Positions 50,784-61,144 of a stretch of 64,000 nt of DNA are shown one piece after another (the stretch's first letter is position 1; each line of letters starts with the position of its first letter). The notes beneath the pieces are model-generated. The model was not told where the DNA came from. It was given only the letters and a program-made list of their open reading frames with translations, and did not search any database. The position numbers and the translations under genes were made by a program. Origin of the DNA: Desulfobulbaceae bacterium (GTDB lineage: Bacteria; Desulfobacterota; Desulfobulbia; Desulfobulbales; Desulfobulbaceae); NCBI GenBank assembly GCA_015489765.1, contig WFZC01000037.1, positions 3,400 to 67,399 of the forward strand, in the 5' to 3' direction.

Positions 50784-52892
50784 ATGGAAACAACGACCAC
50801 ACAGACACAACCGCTGCTCAGCCGGATAGACTGGAAAGAACTGGCTACCCGCAGTGATGTATGGGCCTCGTTCGGCATCATCGGCATTCTGCTGCTGATG
50901 ATCATTCCCCTGCCGCCCATGATCCTTGATATCTGCCTGGCGCTCAACATCACCCTGGCCATTCTCATCCTGATTATCAGCCTGTATACGGACAAGGCAG
51001 TGGAATTTTCCATCTTCCCTTCCCTGCTGCTGGCAACCACCCTGTTTCGCCTGTCGCTCAACGTGGCCTCGACCCGGCTGATCCTCCTGCACGGCAACGA
51101 GGGTATGAACGCCGCCGGTACCGTGATCGAGGCCTTTGGCCAGTTTGTGGTCGGTGGTTCCTATGTCGTCGGCATGGTCATTTTTATTATCCTGGTCATC
51201 ATTAACTTTATCGTCATCACCAAGGGCGCCGGCCGAATTGCCGAAGTTGCCGCCCGTTTTACCCTGGATGCCATGCCGGGAAAGCAGATGGCCATTGACG
51301 CCGACCTGAACGCCGGCCTGATCGATGAGGCGGAAGCACGGAAACGACGCGAGGAAATAGCGGATGAGGCCACCTTTCACGGCGCCATGGACGGTGCCTC
51401 CAAATTCGTTCGCGGCGATGCCATTGCCGGTATCATCATTACCCTGATCAACATTGGCGCCGGCTTTGTTATCGGGGTCATGCAAAAGGGAATGCCCATG
51501 GCAGAGGCCGCCCAGAACTACACCATTCTCACCATTGGTGACGGTCTGGTTGGCCAGCTTCCCGCCCTGATTATCTCCACGGCGGCCGGTATGCTGGTCA
51601 CCCGTTCCGGCGGCAAGGAAAATTTCGGGGACGAGATCAAGAAACAGTTCCTCAGGTACAGTAAGGCGCTGTGGATCGTTGCTGGCATCCTGCTCCTCTT
51701 TGCCCTGATACCGGGTCTGCCGGTCATACCCTTCCTCATCCTGGCATCCGCCCTTGCCTTTGCCGCCTACAGGCTCGATCGTGCCGACCGGGAAAAGGCA
51801 GCGGCCGAGAGCCTTGCCGAACCGACGGAACCAGTGAGCGCTCCGGAAGAGGATTATGAGCAACTTCTTAATGTCGATCTGCTGGAACTTGAAGTCGGCT
51901 ACGGGCTTATCCCCTTTGTCGATGCAAGCCAGGACGGGGAACTGCTGGCGCGGATCCAGTCCATTCGCAAACAGTTTGCCCTCAGCATGGGCTTTATCGT
52001 GCCTCCCATTCATATCAAGGACAACCTGCAGCTCAGTCCCAACCAGTATGTCATCAGTCTGAAGGGTGTTCAGATCGCAACCGCGGAAATGATGCCCGGC
52101 TATTATATGGCCATGGACCCCGGCACGGTCACCGAAACCATCAAGGGAATCCCCACCGAAGAACCGGCATTCGGCCTGCCCGCCATCTGGGTGACCGAAA
52201 GCCAGCGCGAACAGGCCGAGATCGCGGGATACACCGTTGTTGACTGCACCACGGTCATGGCCACCCATATCAGCGAGATCATCAAACAGCATGCCCATGA
52301 ACTCCTCGGCAGGCAGGAGACCCAGGAACTGCTCGATAACCTGGCCCGCACCTATCCCAAGCTGGTTGAAGAGCTGGTGCCCAATGTTCTCAACGTCGGC
52401 ACCATCATGCGGGTCCTGCAGAATCTGCTCCGGGAAGGGGTTTCCATCCGTGACCTGCGCACCATCCTGGAAACCATGGCCGACTATGCACCCATGACCC
52501 AGGCTACCGATGTATTGACCGAATATGTCCGCCATGCCCTGGCCCGGTCGATATCGTCTGCCTACATCCAACCGGACGGCACCATTCCGGTCATCACTCT
52601 GGACAGGTCAGTGGAGGAAATCATCCAAAATTCCATTCAGCACAGGGAGAGCGGTAGCTACCTGGCCCTGGACCCGAAGATTGCCCAGAAAATACTGGAC
52701 AGCCTGTCCAGTCTTGTCGCAGGCTTTGCCGGCGGTCAGCAGCCGGTCCTCCTTGTTACACCGCAGATTCGGCCCCATGTGCGCCGTCTGACCGAACGCT
52801 ATTTTCCAAGCCTGGCGGTTCTTTCCCATAACGAGATCACCGCTAACATAAAAATCAAATCCATCGGAACGGTAACCATCAATGCAAGTTAA
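50784..52892 (+). CDS. flhA: Flagellar export gate protein FlhA
   Basis: 702 aa. The FHIPEP-family N-terminal membrane domain (FPSLLLATTLFRLSLNVASTRLIL) and a cytoplasmic C-terminal domain are present. Confidence 0.95.
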   Translation: METTTTQTQPLLSRIDWKELATRSDVWASFGIIGILLLMIIPLPPMILDICLALNITLAILILIISLYTDKAVEFSIFPSLLLATTLFRLSLNVASTRLILLHGNEGMNAAGTVIEAFGQFVVGGSYVVGMVIFIILVIINFIVITKGAGRIAEVAARFTLDAMPGKQMAIDADLNAGLIDEAEARKRREEIADEATFHGAMDGASKFVRGDAIAGIIITLINIGAGFVIGVMQKGMPMAEAAQNYTILTIGDGLVGQLPALIISTAAGMLVTRSGGKENFGDEIKKQFLRYSKALWIVAGILLLFALIPGLPVIPFLILASALAFAAYRLDRADREKAAAESLAEPTEPVSAPEEDYEQLLNVDLLELEVGYGLIPFVDASQDGELLARIQSIRKQFALSMGFIVPPIHIKDNLQLSPNQYVISLKGVQIATAEMMPGYYMAMDPGTVTETIKGIPTEEPAFGLPAIWVTESQREQAEIAGYTVVDCTTVMATHISEIIKQHAHELLGRQETQELLDNLARTYPKLVEELVPNVLNVGTIMRVLQNLLREGVSIRDLRTILETMADYAPMTQATDVLTEYVRHALARSISSAYIQPDGTIPVITLDRSVEEIIQNSIQHRESGSYLALDPKIAQKILDSLSSLVAGFAGGQQPVLLVTPQIRPHVRRLTERYFPSLAVLSHNEITANIKIKSIGTVTINAS

Positions 52893-54177
52893 GGTCTTCG
52901 AAGCCAAAGACATGACCAGTGGCTTGAAAATGGTCAAAGAGGAACTGGGACCGGACGCCCTTATTCTCTCGACCAGGACCCTGCGCGGGGGCAAGCTTGG
53001 AATGCTTGGCAAACCCACGCTTGAAATTACGGCCGCCATAGATTCCGCCTGGCCTGACAAGGGAAATGGACCTTGCGCCGAACCTTCCATGCCCTTGCGG
53101 AACAATCCGGCCGGCTATTCGATTCAGGAACAAAACAACGAACCCCTTACCTATCAAAATCTTGGTCTTGACAAACCCCTGCCCCGGGAAAAACCTTTCC
53201 CAAATCCCTTGGCAGCCCCGAAACAGGAGGACAAGACAGACCCGGAACCCCTGGCCCATGAAATCAGCGAGCTGCGCTCCATTATCAACAGTCTGTCCAG
53301 CCGGCTGGCAGAGCTTGATTCCACACCCGTGGCCCATGCCTATGTTGAGCCCGAATATTCAGCCAGGGAGACAGATGCTGCCCGAGACCCGGTTGTCCGT
53401 CTGCTCCTGTCACGGGGCCTGAATCACCAGGTTGCCGGTCTTGTCGCCCGCTTTACAGGCGATGTCATTGGACCGCAGAAAGATGGCAGTCAACAGACTT
53501 TACAGACAAACCTGAGTCGGGCCATCGGCCGCCTCTTTACCGTGGCCGCCCCTCTTGCAACCAGACCCGGCCAACAAAAAAGGATGTGCCTGATCGGACC
53601 CACCGGTGTTGGCAAGACCACGACCATTGCCAAGCTGGCCGCCGGTTACCTGCAACGGTTCGGCGGCAAGGTTGCCCTCATCACCATTGATACCTACCGG
53701 ATCGCAGCCGTGGAACAGCTCAAGGTGTACGGAGAGATCATGAACCTGCCGGTGGAAGTTGTCCTCAAGCCGACAGAGATGGCAGCGGCTCTTGCCCGAC
53801 ACAACGACTGCGACCTGATCCTCATCGACACCGCGGGAAGAAGCCCAGGCAATGGCATGGAAATTCAGGACATGCGTGCATTTCTCAGGCCCGAATACGG
53901 CCTTGAAAACCACCTGATGCTGTCGGCAACCAACAGGGAAGTTGAACTGGAGACCATAATCAGACAGTTTTCCTACCTGTCGATCAGTAACTTTATCTTC
54001 AGCAAGGTCGACGAATGCCGACTGCTTGGCGTGATATTGAATATCCACTACAGCAATGATACGCCCATATCCTACCTGACCAACGGCCAACGCGTGCCCG
54101 AGGACATTATCGCCGCAACCCCGGAAATACTTGCTGAACTTATTATGAACCCCCATGGATCAGAGAGCAATGGTTGA
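52882..54177 (+). CDS. flhF: Flagellar biosynthesis GTPase FlhF (SRP-type)
   Basis: MQVKVFEAKDM is the N-terminus. The G motifs are GPTGVGKTTT and DTAGR. It overlaps the flhA stop. Confidence 0.9.
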   Translation: MQVKVFEAKDMTSGLKMVKEELGPDALILSTRTLRGGKLGMLGKPTLEITAAIDSAWPDKGNGPCAEPSMPLRNNPAGYSIQEQNNEPLTYQNLGLDKPLPREKPFPNPLAAPKQEDKTDPEPLAHEISELRSIINSLSSRLAELDSTPVAHAYVEPEYSARETDAARDPVVRLLLSRGLNHQVAGLVARFTGDVIGPQKDGSQQTLQTNLSRAIGRLFTVAAPLATRPGQQKRMCLIGPTGVGKTTTIAKLAAGYLQRFGGKVALITIDTYRIAAVEQLKVYGEIMNLPVEVVLKPTEMAAALARHNDCDLILIDTAGRSPGNGMEIQDMRAFLRPEYGLENHLMLSATNREVELETIIRQFSYLSISNFIFSKVDECRLLGVILNIHYSNDTPISYLTNGQRVPEDIIAATPEILAELIMNPHGSESNG

Positions 54178-55072
54178 CCAGGATATTCATCCACGGGACC
54201 AGGCCGGAACCCTGCGCACGATGACGCAGGCCCGACAGAACGCAAACACAAACAATGCGGCCGCCACCCGCGTCTTTTCCATTACCAGCGGCAAGGGAGG
54301 TGTCGGCAAGACCGCCGTGGTCGCCAATGTAGCAGTCCTGCTTGCCAAGATGGGCAAACGGGTCCTGATTCTTGATGCCGATCTCGGATTGGCCAACATC
54401 GATGTGGTCTTCGGGCTGGCGCCCAGCCACAATCTGAATCATTTTTTTGCCGGTGACTGTGACCTGCCCTCGATCCTGGTCGAGGGCCCCATGGGTATCA
54501 ATATCCTGCCGGCAGGCTCAGGCGTCCAGCGCTTTACCCGACTGGATTCGCAGCAGAAAATGCGATTGCTTGAAGCGCTTGATTCCATGCACAATGACTT
54601 TGATTTTGTTCTCATCGACACCGAGGCCGGTATCTCGGAAAATGTGACCTATTTCACCACCGCCGCCCATGAAATCCTGGTGGTGACGACACCGGAACCA
54701 ACGGCGATAACCGATGCCTATGCCCTGATGAAACTGCTGTCCAACCAGTATCACGAAAAACGGTTCAACCTGATTGTCAACTTCATTAAAAACGAGGAGG
54801 AGGCCCTTGACGTCTATCGAAAGCTCACTATGGTTGCCAACAGATATCTCGATATTTCCATCGACTACATGGGATCCATCCCAAGGGACAAACAGATGAT
54901 CGAGGCGATCCGCAAACAGAAGGTCATGGTTCAGCTCTTTCCCGACTCAAAGACCAGCGCCGCCTTTGAGGCCCTTGCCGGAACCATGCTGCAGGAGCCG
55001 CGAAATATGGAGGCAAAGGGATCGATCCAGTTTTTCTGGAAACGGTTGCTTGATTTCGGCAACAGGGGATAG
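54155..55072 (+). CDS. flhG: MinD/ParA-type flagellar number regulator FlhG (FleN)
   Basis: The deviant Walker A is SGKGGVGKT. VLILDADLGLAN is present. It lies between flhF and fliA. Confidence 0.88.
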   Translation: MDQRAMVDQDIHPRDQAGTLRTMTQARQNANTNNAAATRVFSITSGKGGVGKTAVVANVAVLLAKMGKRVLILDADLGLANIDVVFGLAPSHNLNHFFAGDCDLPSILVEGPMGINILPAGSGVQRFTRLDSQQKMRLLEALDSMHNDFDFVLIDTEAGISENVTYFTTAAHEILVVTTPEPTAITDAYALMKLLSNQYHEKRFNLIVNFIKNEEEALDVYRKLTMVANRYLDISIDYMGSIPRDKQMIEAIRKQKVMVQLFPDSKTSAAFEALAGTMLQEPRNMEAKGSIQFFWKRLLDFGNRG

Positions 55073-55133
55073 CGGCATGAAAATTGATACACTGATACTC
55101 CATCAGCACACATCAGGAACCATTTATTGAGCC

Positions 55134-55871
55134 ATGGTCTACTCATCCGTGCCGCCACTTGATGATCGTTCGCAGTTGATACGGGAACACATGCCTCTGG
55201 TTGATATTGTTGTTCAGCGCATGATCCCGCAGGTGCCGTCCTTTATGACCAAAGATGACATGACCAGCGCCGCCATGGAGGGGTTGATCGATGCCGCCAA
55301 CAAATATGATCCAACCAAGGGGGCGAAATTCAAAACCTTTGCCGAGTATCGGATCAGGGGGGCAATTTTTGATGAAATGCGCAAACTTGACTGGTTTTCC
55401 AGATCACTCAGGGAAAAACACAATCAACTGACCCAGACCATGCTCAAGCTGGAACGAAAACTCGGTCGTTCCCCCGATGAAGAGGAAATGGCAGAGGCCC
55501 TGGATATGTCGCTTGAACAGTACCATGAAACCCTGGCCCAGGTTTCCCATCTCGGCTGCGTCAGTCTTAATGAAACCCTGGACCACTCCGAAGAGGGACG
55601 GAGCTTTCTTGACAATCTTGTCCAGGATGGCGGCCCGACTCCGCTGGAACAGATCGAATCCCAGGAGATGACAGCCTTGATGGCCGAAGTCCTGGAAGAA
55701 CTGTCAAAAAAAGAAAAGCTGGTTATCGCCCTCTACTACTATGAAGAACTGACCCAGAAGGAGATCGCCGAGGTCATAGGCGTCACCGAGGGCCGGGTCT
55801 CGCAACTACACAGTCAGGCCTTGATCAAACTGAGGGTCAAGCTGCTCAACAATGAACTGTATGACGAATAG
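55134..55871 (+). CDS. fliA: Flagellar sigma factor FliA (sigma-28)
   Basis: Region 2 (KFKTFAEYRIRGAIFDEMR) and region 4.2 HTH (LTQKEIAEVIGVTEGRVSQLHSQAL) are present. 245 aa. Confidence 0.92.
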   Translation: MVYSSVPPLDDRSQLIREHMPLVDIVVQRMIPQVPSFMTKDDMTSAAMEGLIDAANKYDPTKGAKFKTFAEYRIRGAIFDEMRKLDWFSRSLREKHNQLTQTMLKLERKLGRSPDEEEMAEALDMSLEQYHETLAQVSHLGCVSLNETLDHSEEGRSFLDNLVQDGGPTPLEQIESQEMTALMAEVLEELSKKEKLVIALYYYEELTQKEIAEVIGVTEGRVSQLHSQALIKLRVKLLNNELYDE

Positions 55872-55937
55872 CGGAATGCCCGCAACCCGGAGAAATCGCA
55901 AAAATCCGTTCCCGGAATTCCGCTGGCCCTCTTCTCT

Positions 55938-56369
55938 GTGGATGATAAAAAAAATGGAATAATGACACACATTACCATGATATTCATCATTCTTTTTTCC
56001 GCTCTCTGTATGGTTTTCGGCCTTACCGGTTTCATGGCCCTGCGACGCAGGAAGAGAGAGGAACAAAAAAAAATCAGAACATTGTGCGCAAAACTTGAAG
56101 CCGCCCTGGGCGATACTGCAGATATTCGACCAAAGGACCTGTTTGCGGACACGCTTGAAAAGGCGGCAATCAGCACCGGGTTCCAGCAGCCACGGTTAAA
56201 ATTACAGGCGGGGAAGCCAGGAGATGTTCCTGAAAAATATAAATTTTTTGCGGGTCTTATTGCCAGGGGAATGAGTACGGATGAAATTTCTGAAGTATTG
56301 GCCATTTCTCCGGCCGAAGCCGGTCAACTGGCCACCCTGGCCTTTATCTCCCGTGGGGATGAATGTTAG
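55938..56369 (+). CDS. Hypothetical single-pass membrane protein with a C-terminal HTH-like segment
   Basis: The TM helix is ITMIFIILFSALCMVFGLTGFMAL. The C-terminal part GMSTDEISEVLAISPAEAGQLATL resembles a sigma region-4/LuxR-type HTH. The start is GTG at 55938 or ATG at 55962. Confidence 0.45.
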   Translation: MDDKKNGIMTHITMIFIILFSALCMVFGLTGFMALRRRKREEQKKIRTLCAKLEAALGDTADIRPKDLFADTLEKAAISTGFQQPRLKLQAGKPGDVPEKYKFFAGLIARGMSTDEISEVLAISPAEAGQLATLAFISRGDEC

Positions 56370-56487
56370 GAGATTTCCTTATTTCTCGGCACATTGAGTT
56401 TTTTTTAATAAAGAAAACAACCGGAGATGTCGAAAGAAGATATGGAGACATATCCACTGTTCTCACTGTTCTTGTACAGCGACTAAC

Positions 56488-56588
56488 GGAAAAACCAGCA
56501 TGGCTGGAGCAAATTTTCAGGCCACAGCTATAACCAGCAATGAAAATAGCCTGAATGGGCATACCTAACGGGCTATTTGCGGATAATA
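56488..56588 (+). repeat. Family-1 structured intergenic repeat, copy E (sense, flgF 5' leader)
   Basis: It is the most divergent full-length copy, with the same length between anchors. Its inner hairpin is GCCT-GAAT-GGGC, with a compensatory change relative to copy B. It ends 10 nt before the flgF ATG. Confidence 0.75.
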
Positions 56589-56598
56589 TAAAAAAATC

Positions 56599-57336
56599 AT
56601 GGTATCAGGAAAATACAGCGCCCTGAGCGGGGCCGTTTCCCGGCAGCAGGCCATGGACAATATCGCCAACAACATGGCCAATATCGACACCACCGGTTTC
56701 AAAAAGGACCGGATCAGTTTTGAGGCCCTGCTCAAGGGCAGCCAACAGGTGGCAAACGGAAGGGGGATCAATTACAGCAGAATCCGCAAGATAGGGGTTG
56801 ATTTTTCCCAGGGTCCGTTGCGGGAGACCGGCCGGGACCTGGATGTTGCCATTTCCGGCAAAGGCTTTTTCAAGGTCCGAGGCAACGGCAATACCTTCTT
56901 CACTCGCAACGGCAGTTTTTATGTCGACAACAACGGCATGCTGAAAACAACCGATAATTTCAATGTATTGGACAGCTCCAGCCAGCCGGTTCAGCTTGCC
57001 GGGGCCCAGGGGAAAAAAATCCATATTGATGAGGCGGGCAATATCTCCCTGGACAATGTCCCAAGCGGCCAAAAGATTCAAATTTTTACGGTCTCGGATC
57101 AGGCCGGACTGGAAAAAGTCGGCAACAGCCTGTTTACCCTGAAGAAGGGGACAACATCACAACCCACGGACTCTGCCGCCATTATCCAGGGAAATCTTGA
57201 AGGATCAAATGTTAACATGGTTGAAGAAATGACCATGATGATCAATACCCAGCGTCGATTTGACGCCTGTCTCAAGGTGGAAAAAAATTATTCCAACTTA
57301 AGTGAACGCCAAAACGAACTTGGCACGGTCGCCTGA
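56599..57336 (+). CDS. flgF: Flagellar proximal rod protein FlgF
   Basis: The rod N-terminal motif AMDNIANNMANIDTTGFKKD is present. 245 aa. It lies directly upstream of flgG. Confidence 0.88.
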   Translation: MVSGKYSALSGAVSRQQAMDNIANNMANIDTTGFKKDRISFEALLKGSQQVANGRGINYSRIRKIGVDFSQGPLRETGRDLDVAISGKGFFKVRGNGNTFFTRNGSFYVDNNGMLKTTDNFNVLDSSSQPVQLAGAQGKKIHIDEAGNISLDNVPSGQKIQIFTVSDQAGLEKVGNSLFTLKKGTTSQPTDSAAIIQGNLEGSNVNMVEEMTMMINTQRRFDACLKVEKNYSNLSERQNELGTVA

Positions 57337-57385
57337 TTTTTTTTCAATGCACACATAAGTATGGGTAGATACGAGGAGAAAAAGA

Positions 57386-58171
57386 ATGAGATCTCTATGG
57401 ACCGCAACAACCGGCATGCGGGGACAGAATCTGAATATGGACGTTATTGCCAACAACCTGGCCAACGTTTCGACCACCGGTTTCAAGAAAAGCGTCACCT
57501 CATTTCAGGATTTAATCTATCAGCAGGTCCAGGTGCCGGGCGCTCCGACCTCGGACAATGGCACCCAGTCGCCCTCCGGCATCCAGGTCGGTCTGGGCGT
57601 GCGGCCGGCAGCGGTCACCAAGGTCTTTACCGAGGGTGACATTGTCGAGACCTCCAATGAATATGACGTTGCCATTGAGGGACCTGGATTTTTCCAGGTC
57701 GAGCTTCCCGACGGCAATACCGCCTACACCAGGGCCGGAAATCTGAACCGGGACGGCACGGGCAGGCTGGTCACGCCCGAGGGCAATCCGATTATACCAT
57801 CAATCACCATCCCGGAAAACGCCCGCCAGGTGACCATCAGTCCCACCGGAGTTGTCAGCGCCATCCTTGGTGATGACACCGAATCAACGGAACTGGGAAA
57901 CATCGATCTGGCCACCTTTGTCAACGATGCCGGTCTTCTTTCAATCGGTCGCAACCTTTTCCGCGAGACCGAGGCCTCGGGCACGGCCACTGTAGGCACG
58001 CCGGGCAGTGATGGTTACGGGACCCTGCAACAGGGGTATCTGGAACAGTCCAATGTCAACCTGGTCGGCGAAATAGCCCGGATGATCACCGCCCAGAGGG
58101 CCTTTGAGATCAACTCCAAGGCTGTGTCAACCTCGGACGAGATGATGAGCACGGTCGTCAATATGGTATAA
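57386..58171 (+). CDS. flgG: Flagellar distal rod protein FlgG
   Basis: MRSLWTATTGMRGQNLNMDVIANNLANVSTTGFKKS is the N-terminus and the C-terminus is ITAQRAFEINSKAVSTSDEMMSTVVNM. Confidence 0.95.
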   Translation: MRSLWTATTGMRGQNLNMDVIANNLANVSTTGFKKSVTSFQDLIYQQVQVPGAPTSDNGTQSPSGIQVGLGVRPAAVTKVFTEGDIVETSNEYDVAIEGPGFFQVELPDGNTAYTRAGNLNRDGTGRLVTPEGNPIIPSITIPENARQVTISPTGVVSAILGDDTESTELGNIDLATFVNDAGLLSIGRNLFRETEASGTATVGTPGSDGYGTLQQGYLEQSNVNLVGEIARMITAQRAFEINSKAVSTSDEMMSTVVNMV

Positions 58172-58178
58172 AAAAACA

Positions 58179-58194
58179 TGGCACAACTGTTTCG
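58179..58194 (+). promoter_or_regulatory. Sigma-54-like candidate upstream of flgA (perfect -24 box, imperfect -12 box)
   Basis: TGGCAC-AACTG-TTTC has the right spacing, but TTGC is replaced by TTTC. Confidence 0.35.
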
Positions 58195-58234
58195 TAATTG
58201 ACCAGTTACACTGTTTCTCTCTGCAGGGGGTGTA

Positions 58235-59245
58235 ATGATGCGCTTTCACATTTCCGGATATGACAACCGCCCAGGGAGGCCTGTGAACATTCACGCAAAA
58301 TTTCTTTTCATCCACACCCTTGTTGTCCTCTTCCTGCTGGTTGGCCAGCAGGCATTTGCGCTCAACGTGGAACTGCACGAAAGGGCACAGGTTACCGCGC
58401 CATTTGTCCATCTTGGTGATATTGCCTCTATCACTCCCGAAGGAGAGGCAGCCAATGCCCTGGCCGCCGAACGTATTACCACTTCCCCAAATCCGGGCAA
58501 AAGCCGAATTATCAAGGCCACCTCGATTATTGATATGGTGCGGAATGACAAGACCGTTGCCGATATTACCTGGAGCGGCGCCAAATCAATAGAGGTGACC
58601 AGACAGGGACAGGTCGTCACCGCGAAACAGATGAAACAGATTATTGCCGATTATATCGGCAACCACCTGAAAAATCTGCCCGATGCCGACATTCGGTTCA
58701 CCTCGGTCCGGTCACCGGGGGATATTATCCTGCCCACCGGAAAAATAACCTGTACGGTCAGACCTTCAAAGCCGGCCATCATCGGCAGTTCAAGTTTCAA
58801 CCTCCTGTTTGCGGTTGACGGCAGGGCCATTAAAAACTGTACTGTCCACGGCAGGCTCGAGGCCATGGCCGCGGTCGCGACCGCGGCGGTCAATCTGCGC
58901 AGGGGTTCCATCATAACTCCTGACCAGGTGGAGATGATCCGCCAGGACATCAGCAAACTTGATGGCCCCTACTTTTCCCTTAACAAAGTTGTGGGGCTGC
59001 AGGCAAAACGTACCATTCGCGCCGGCAAACCGCTTGACGCCATGAACGTGGCGCCACCGCCGGTTATCAAGAGAGGCGAGCCGGTTGAGATTGTCGCCAG
59101 CCGGGGAGCGCTGCGGATATCCACAAAGGGTATCGCCACCATGGATGGGCGGCCCGGTGATTTTATCCGGGTAAAAAACATCAGTTCGTCCAAACTTGTC
59201 TACTGCAGGGTTGATGCACCCGGGCTCGTTTCTGTGGAGTTTTGA
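58235..59245 (+). CDS. flgA: Flagellar P-ring assembly chaperone FlgA
   Basis: A signal peptide and a SAF-type domain are present. The C-terminus is VIKRGEPVEIVASRGALRISTKGIATMDGRPGDFIRVKNISSSKLVYCRV. Confidence 0.85.
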   Translation: MMRFHISGYDNRPGRPVNIHAKFLFIHTLVVLFLLVGQQAFALNVELHERAQVTAPFVHLGDIASITPEGEAANALAAERITTSPNPGKSRIIKATSIIDMVRNDKTVADITWSGAKSIEVTRQGQVVTAKQMKQIIADYIGNHLKNLPDADIRFTSVRSPGDIILPTGKITCTVRPSKPAIIGSSSFNLLFAVDGRAIKNCTVHGRLEAMAAVATAAVNLRRGSIITPDQVEMIRQDISKLDGPYFSLNKVVGLQAKRTIRAGKPLDAMNVAPPPVIKRGEPVEIVASRGALRISTKGIATMDGRPGDFIRVKNISSSKLVYCRVDAPGLVSVEF

Positions 59246-59246
59246 T

Positions 59247-59966
59247 ATGAACCAGCGGTTGTTTTTCAAGACCATGTCCTGGAAATTGTTTTCCGGTCTT
59301 CTTGTCCTTATGGTTTTCATTGTCTCCGGGTGTGCCCGGAAAGAAACAACTGTAATGAAGGTGCCCGAGCCCTTGGAAGCACCCGTGGTCGCCCCCAGCA
59401 AACCGATTTCCCCCGGTTCCCTGTACACCGGGGACGAGGGTAACTGGATCGCCGATCTTCGGGCCCATCACGTGGGTGATATCGTCACGGTTGTGATCCA
59501 GGAAAAGGCCAGCGCCTCCAAGGTGTCCAGTACGGAAACAGCAAAAGACTCGGGCATTTCCGCCGCCATCCCGACGTTTTTCGGGTTTGAGAAGGTGATG
59601 CAGGAAAAAAACCCGAACCTTGACCCCGCCAACCTGATCGAGGCCAATTTCAAAAACAACTTCAAGGGATCGGGCAAGACCACCCGCAAGGAAGACCTGC
59701 TGGCCACCTTGACCACCCAGGTCATCAAGATATATCCCAACGGCAACATGAAGATTCGCGGCGGCAAATCCGTGGTGGTCAACAATGAAAACCAGATCAT
59801 CTACTTGACCGGCATTATCCGTCCCTTTGATATCAGCGCCGCCAATGAAGTTGATTCAAGCAAAATCCTCAATGCCCAGATTGCCTATACCGGCAAGGGT
59901 ATTATATCCGACAAACAACGGCCCGGCTGGCTGACCCGGATTGTTGACCGGCTATGGCCGTTTTAA
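59247..59966 (+). CDS. flgH: Flagellar L-ring lipoprotein FlgH
   Basis: The lipobox is LMVFIVSGC. DLRAHHVGDIVTVVIQEKASAS and ITAANEVDSSKILNAQIAYTGKG-type motifs are present. ATG at 59247. Confidence 0.92.
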   Translation: MNQRLFFKTMSWKLFSGLLVLMVFIVSGCARKETTVMKVPEPLEAPVVAPSKPISPGSLYTGDEGNWIADLRAHHVGDIVTVVIQEKASASKVSSTETAKDSGISAAIPTFFGFEKVMQEKNPNLDPANLIEANFKNNFKGSGKTTRKEDLLATLTTQVIKIYPNGNMKIRGGKSVVVNNENQIIYLTGIIRPFDISAANEVDSSKILNAQIAYTGKGIISDKQRPGWLTRIVDRLWPF

Positions 59967-60009
59967 TGTATAAATGTATGTCTCTGCAATCACTGCGCGG
60001 TGTTTCAGC

Positions 60010-61131
60010 ATGAAAAAAACACATTTTCTCATCAGCTTCGCCTGCTGCCTCGGGTTGTTGTTTATCCTGGGCAGTACGGCCCGGGGCGCCCGCATAAAAG
60101 ATCTTGCCGCCATCGAGGGGGTACGGGATAACCAGTTGCTGGGATATGGTCTGGTCATGGGCCTCAACGGCACCGGCGATGACATCAAGAAATCAGTTTT
60201 CACCCGGCAGGCGTTGATCAACCTGGTGAAAAGACTTGGCATGTCGATCACCCCCGATGTCTTCCGGCAGATGAAAACAGACAACGTGGCCGCGGTCATG
60301 GTAACGGCCAACCTACCGCCCTTTGCCCGGCCCGGCTCCCGCCTCGATGTCCAGGTATCAACCATGGGTGATGCCTCCAGTCTTTCAGGCGGCACCCTGC
60401 TTATGACTCCGCTTAAGGGGCCGGACGGCAAAACCTATGCCGTTGCCCAGGGCCCCCTTGCCGTTGGCTCCATTGCATTTGGCGGCAAGGCGGCCAAGGT
60501 GCAGAAAAACTTTCCCACCGCGGGCAGGATCGCCAACGGTGCTATTGTGGAACGGTCAGTCGGCTGGGAGCTGCCGCCAAGCGGTGACCTCCTCTATGAA
60601 CTGAAAGAACCGGACTTCACCACCGCCGCCCGGATAACCGCGGCCATCAACGAAAAATTCGGACCGAATACCGCCCATTCCCCTGACAGCGGGACCGTCA
60701 AGGTGCTGATGCCCCTCAGGTATAAAGGGGATGTGGTCGGTTTTGTCGCTGACCTGGAAAATATAGATGTGGAAGCCGATTCACCGGCCCGGATTGTGGT
60801 CAATGAACGGACCGGAACCATTGTCATGGGACAGGATGTCCGCATTTCCACCGTTGCGATTTCGCACGGTAACCTGAATCTGGTCATTTCCGAGGAAATG
60901 GATGTCTCCCAGCCCAATCCCCTGGCCACCGGGCAGACCGTGGCCGCCCCCAAAACAAAGATTGATGTCACCGAGGATGAGGGGAATCTCGTTGTCCTGC
61001 ACATGGGTGTCAGCATCGGCGACATTGCCAAGGCGCTCAACGCCATCGGCGCCACCCCCAGAGACCTGATCGCCATCTTCCAGGCCATCAAGGCGGCCGG
61101 CGCCCTCCATGCGGAACTGCGCATTATTTAA
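60010..61131 (+). CDS. flgI: Flagellar P-ring protein FlgI
   Basis: A signal peptide is followed by RIKDLAAIEGVRDNQLLGYGLVMGLNGTGD. The C-terminus is LIAIFQAIKAAGALHAELRII. Confidence 0.95.
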   Translation: MKKTHFLISFACCLGLLFILGSTARGARIKDLAAIEGVRDNQLLGYGLVMGLNGTGDDIKKSVFTRQALINLVKRLGMSITPDVFRQMKTDNVAAVMVTANLPPFARPGSRLDVQVSTMGDASSLSGGTLLMTPLKGPDGKTYAVAQGPLAVGSIAFGGKAAKVQKNFPTAGRIANGAIVERSVGWELPPSGDLLYELKEPDFTTAARITAAINEKFGPNTAHSPDSGTVKVLMPLRYKGDVVGFVADLENIDVEADSPARIVVNERTGTIVMGQDVRISTVAISHGNLNLVISEEMDVSQPNPLATGQTVAAPKTKIDVTEDEGNLVVLHMGVSIGDIAKALNAIGATPRDLIAIFQAIKAAGALHAELRII

Positions 61132-61144
61132 CCAGGAACCAACC

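Noticed and set aside
50655-52571. 638-aa ORF on the minus strand
   Set aside because: It is antisense to flhA and to the flhB 3' end. The composition is repetitive (G, D, Q, H, R) and no domain was recognised. The sense-strand genes have unmistakable signatures.
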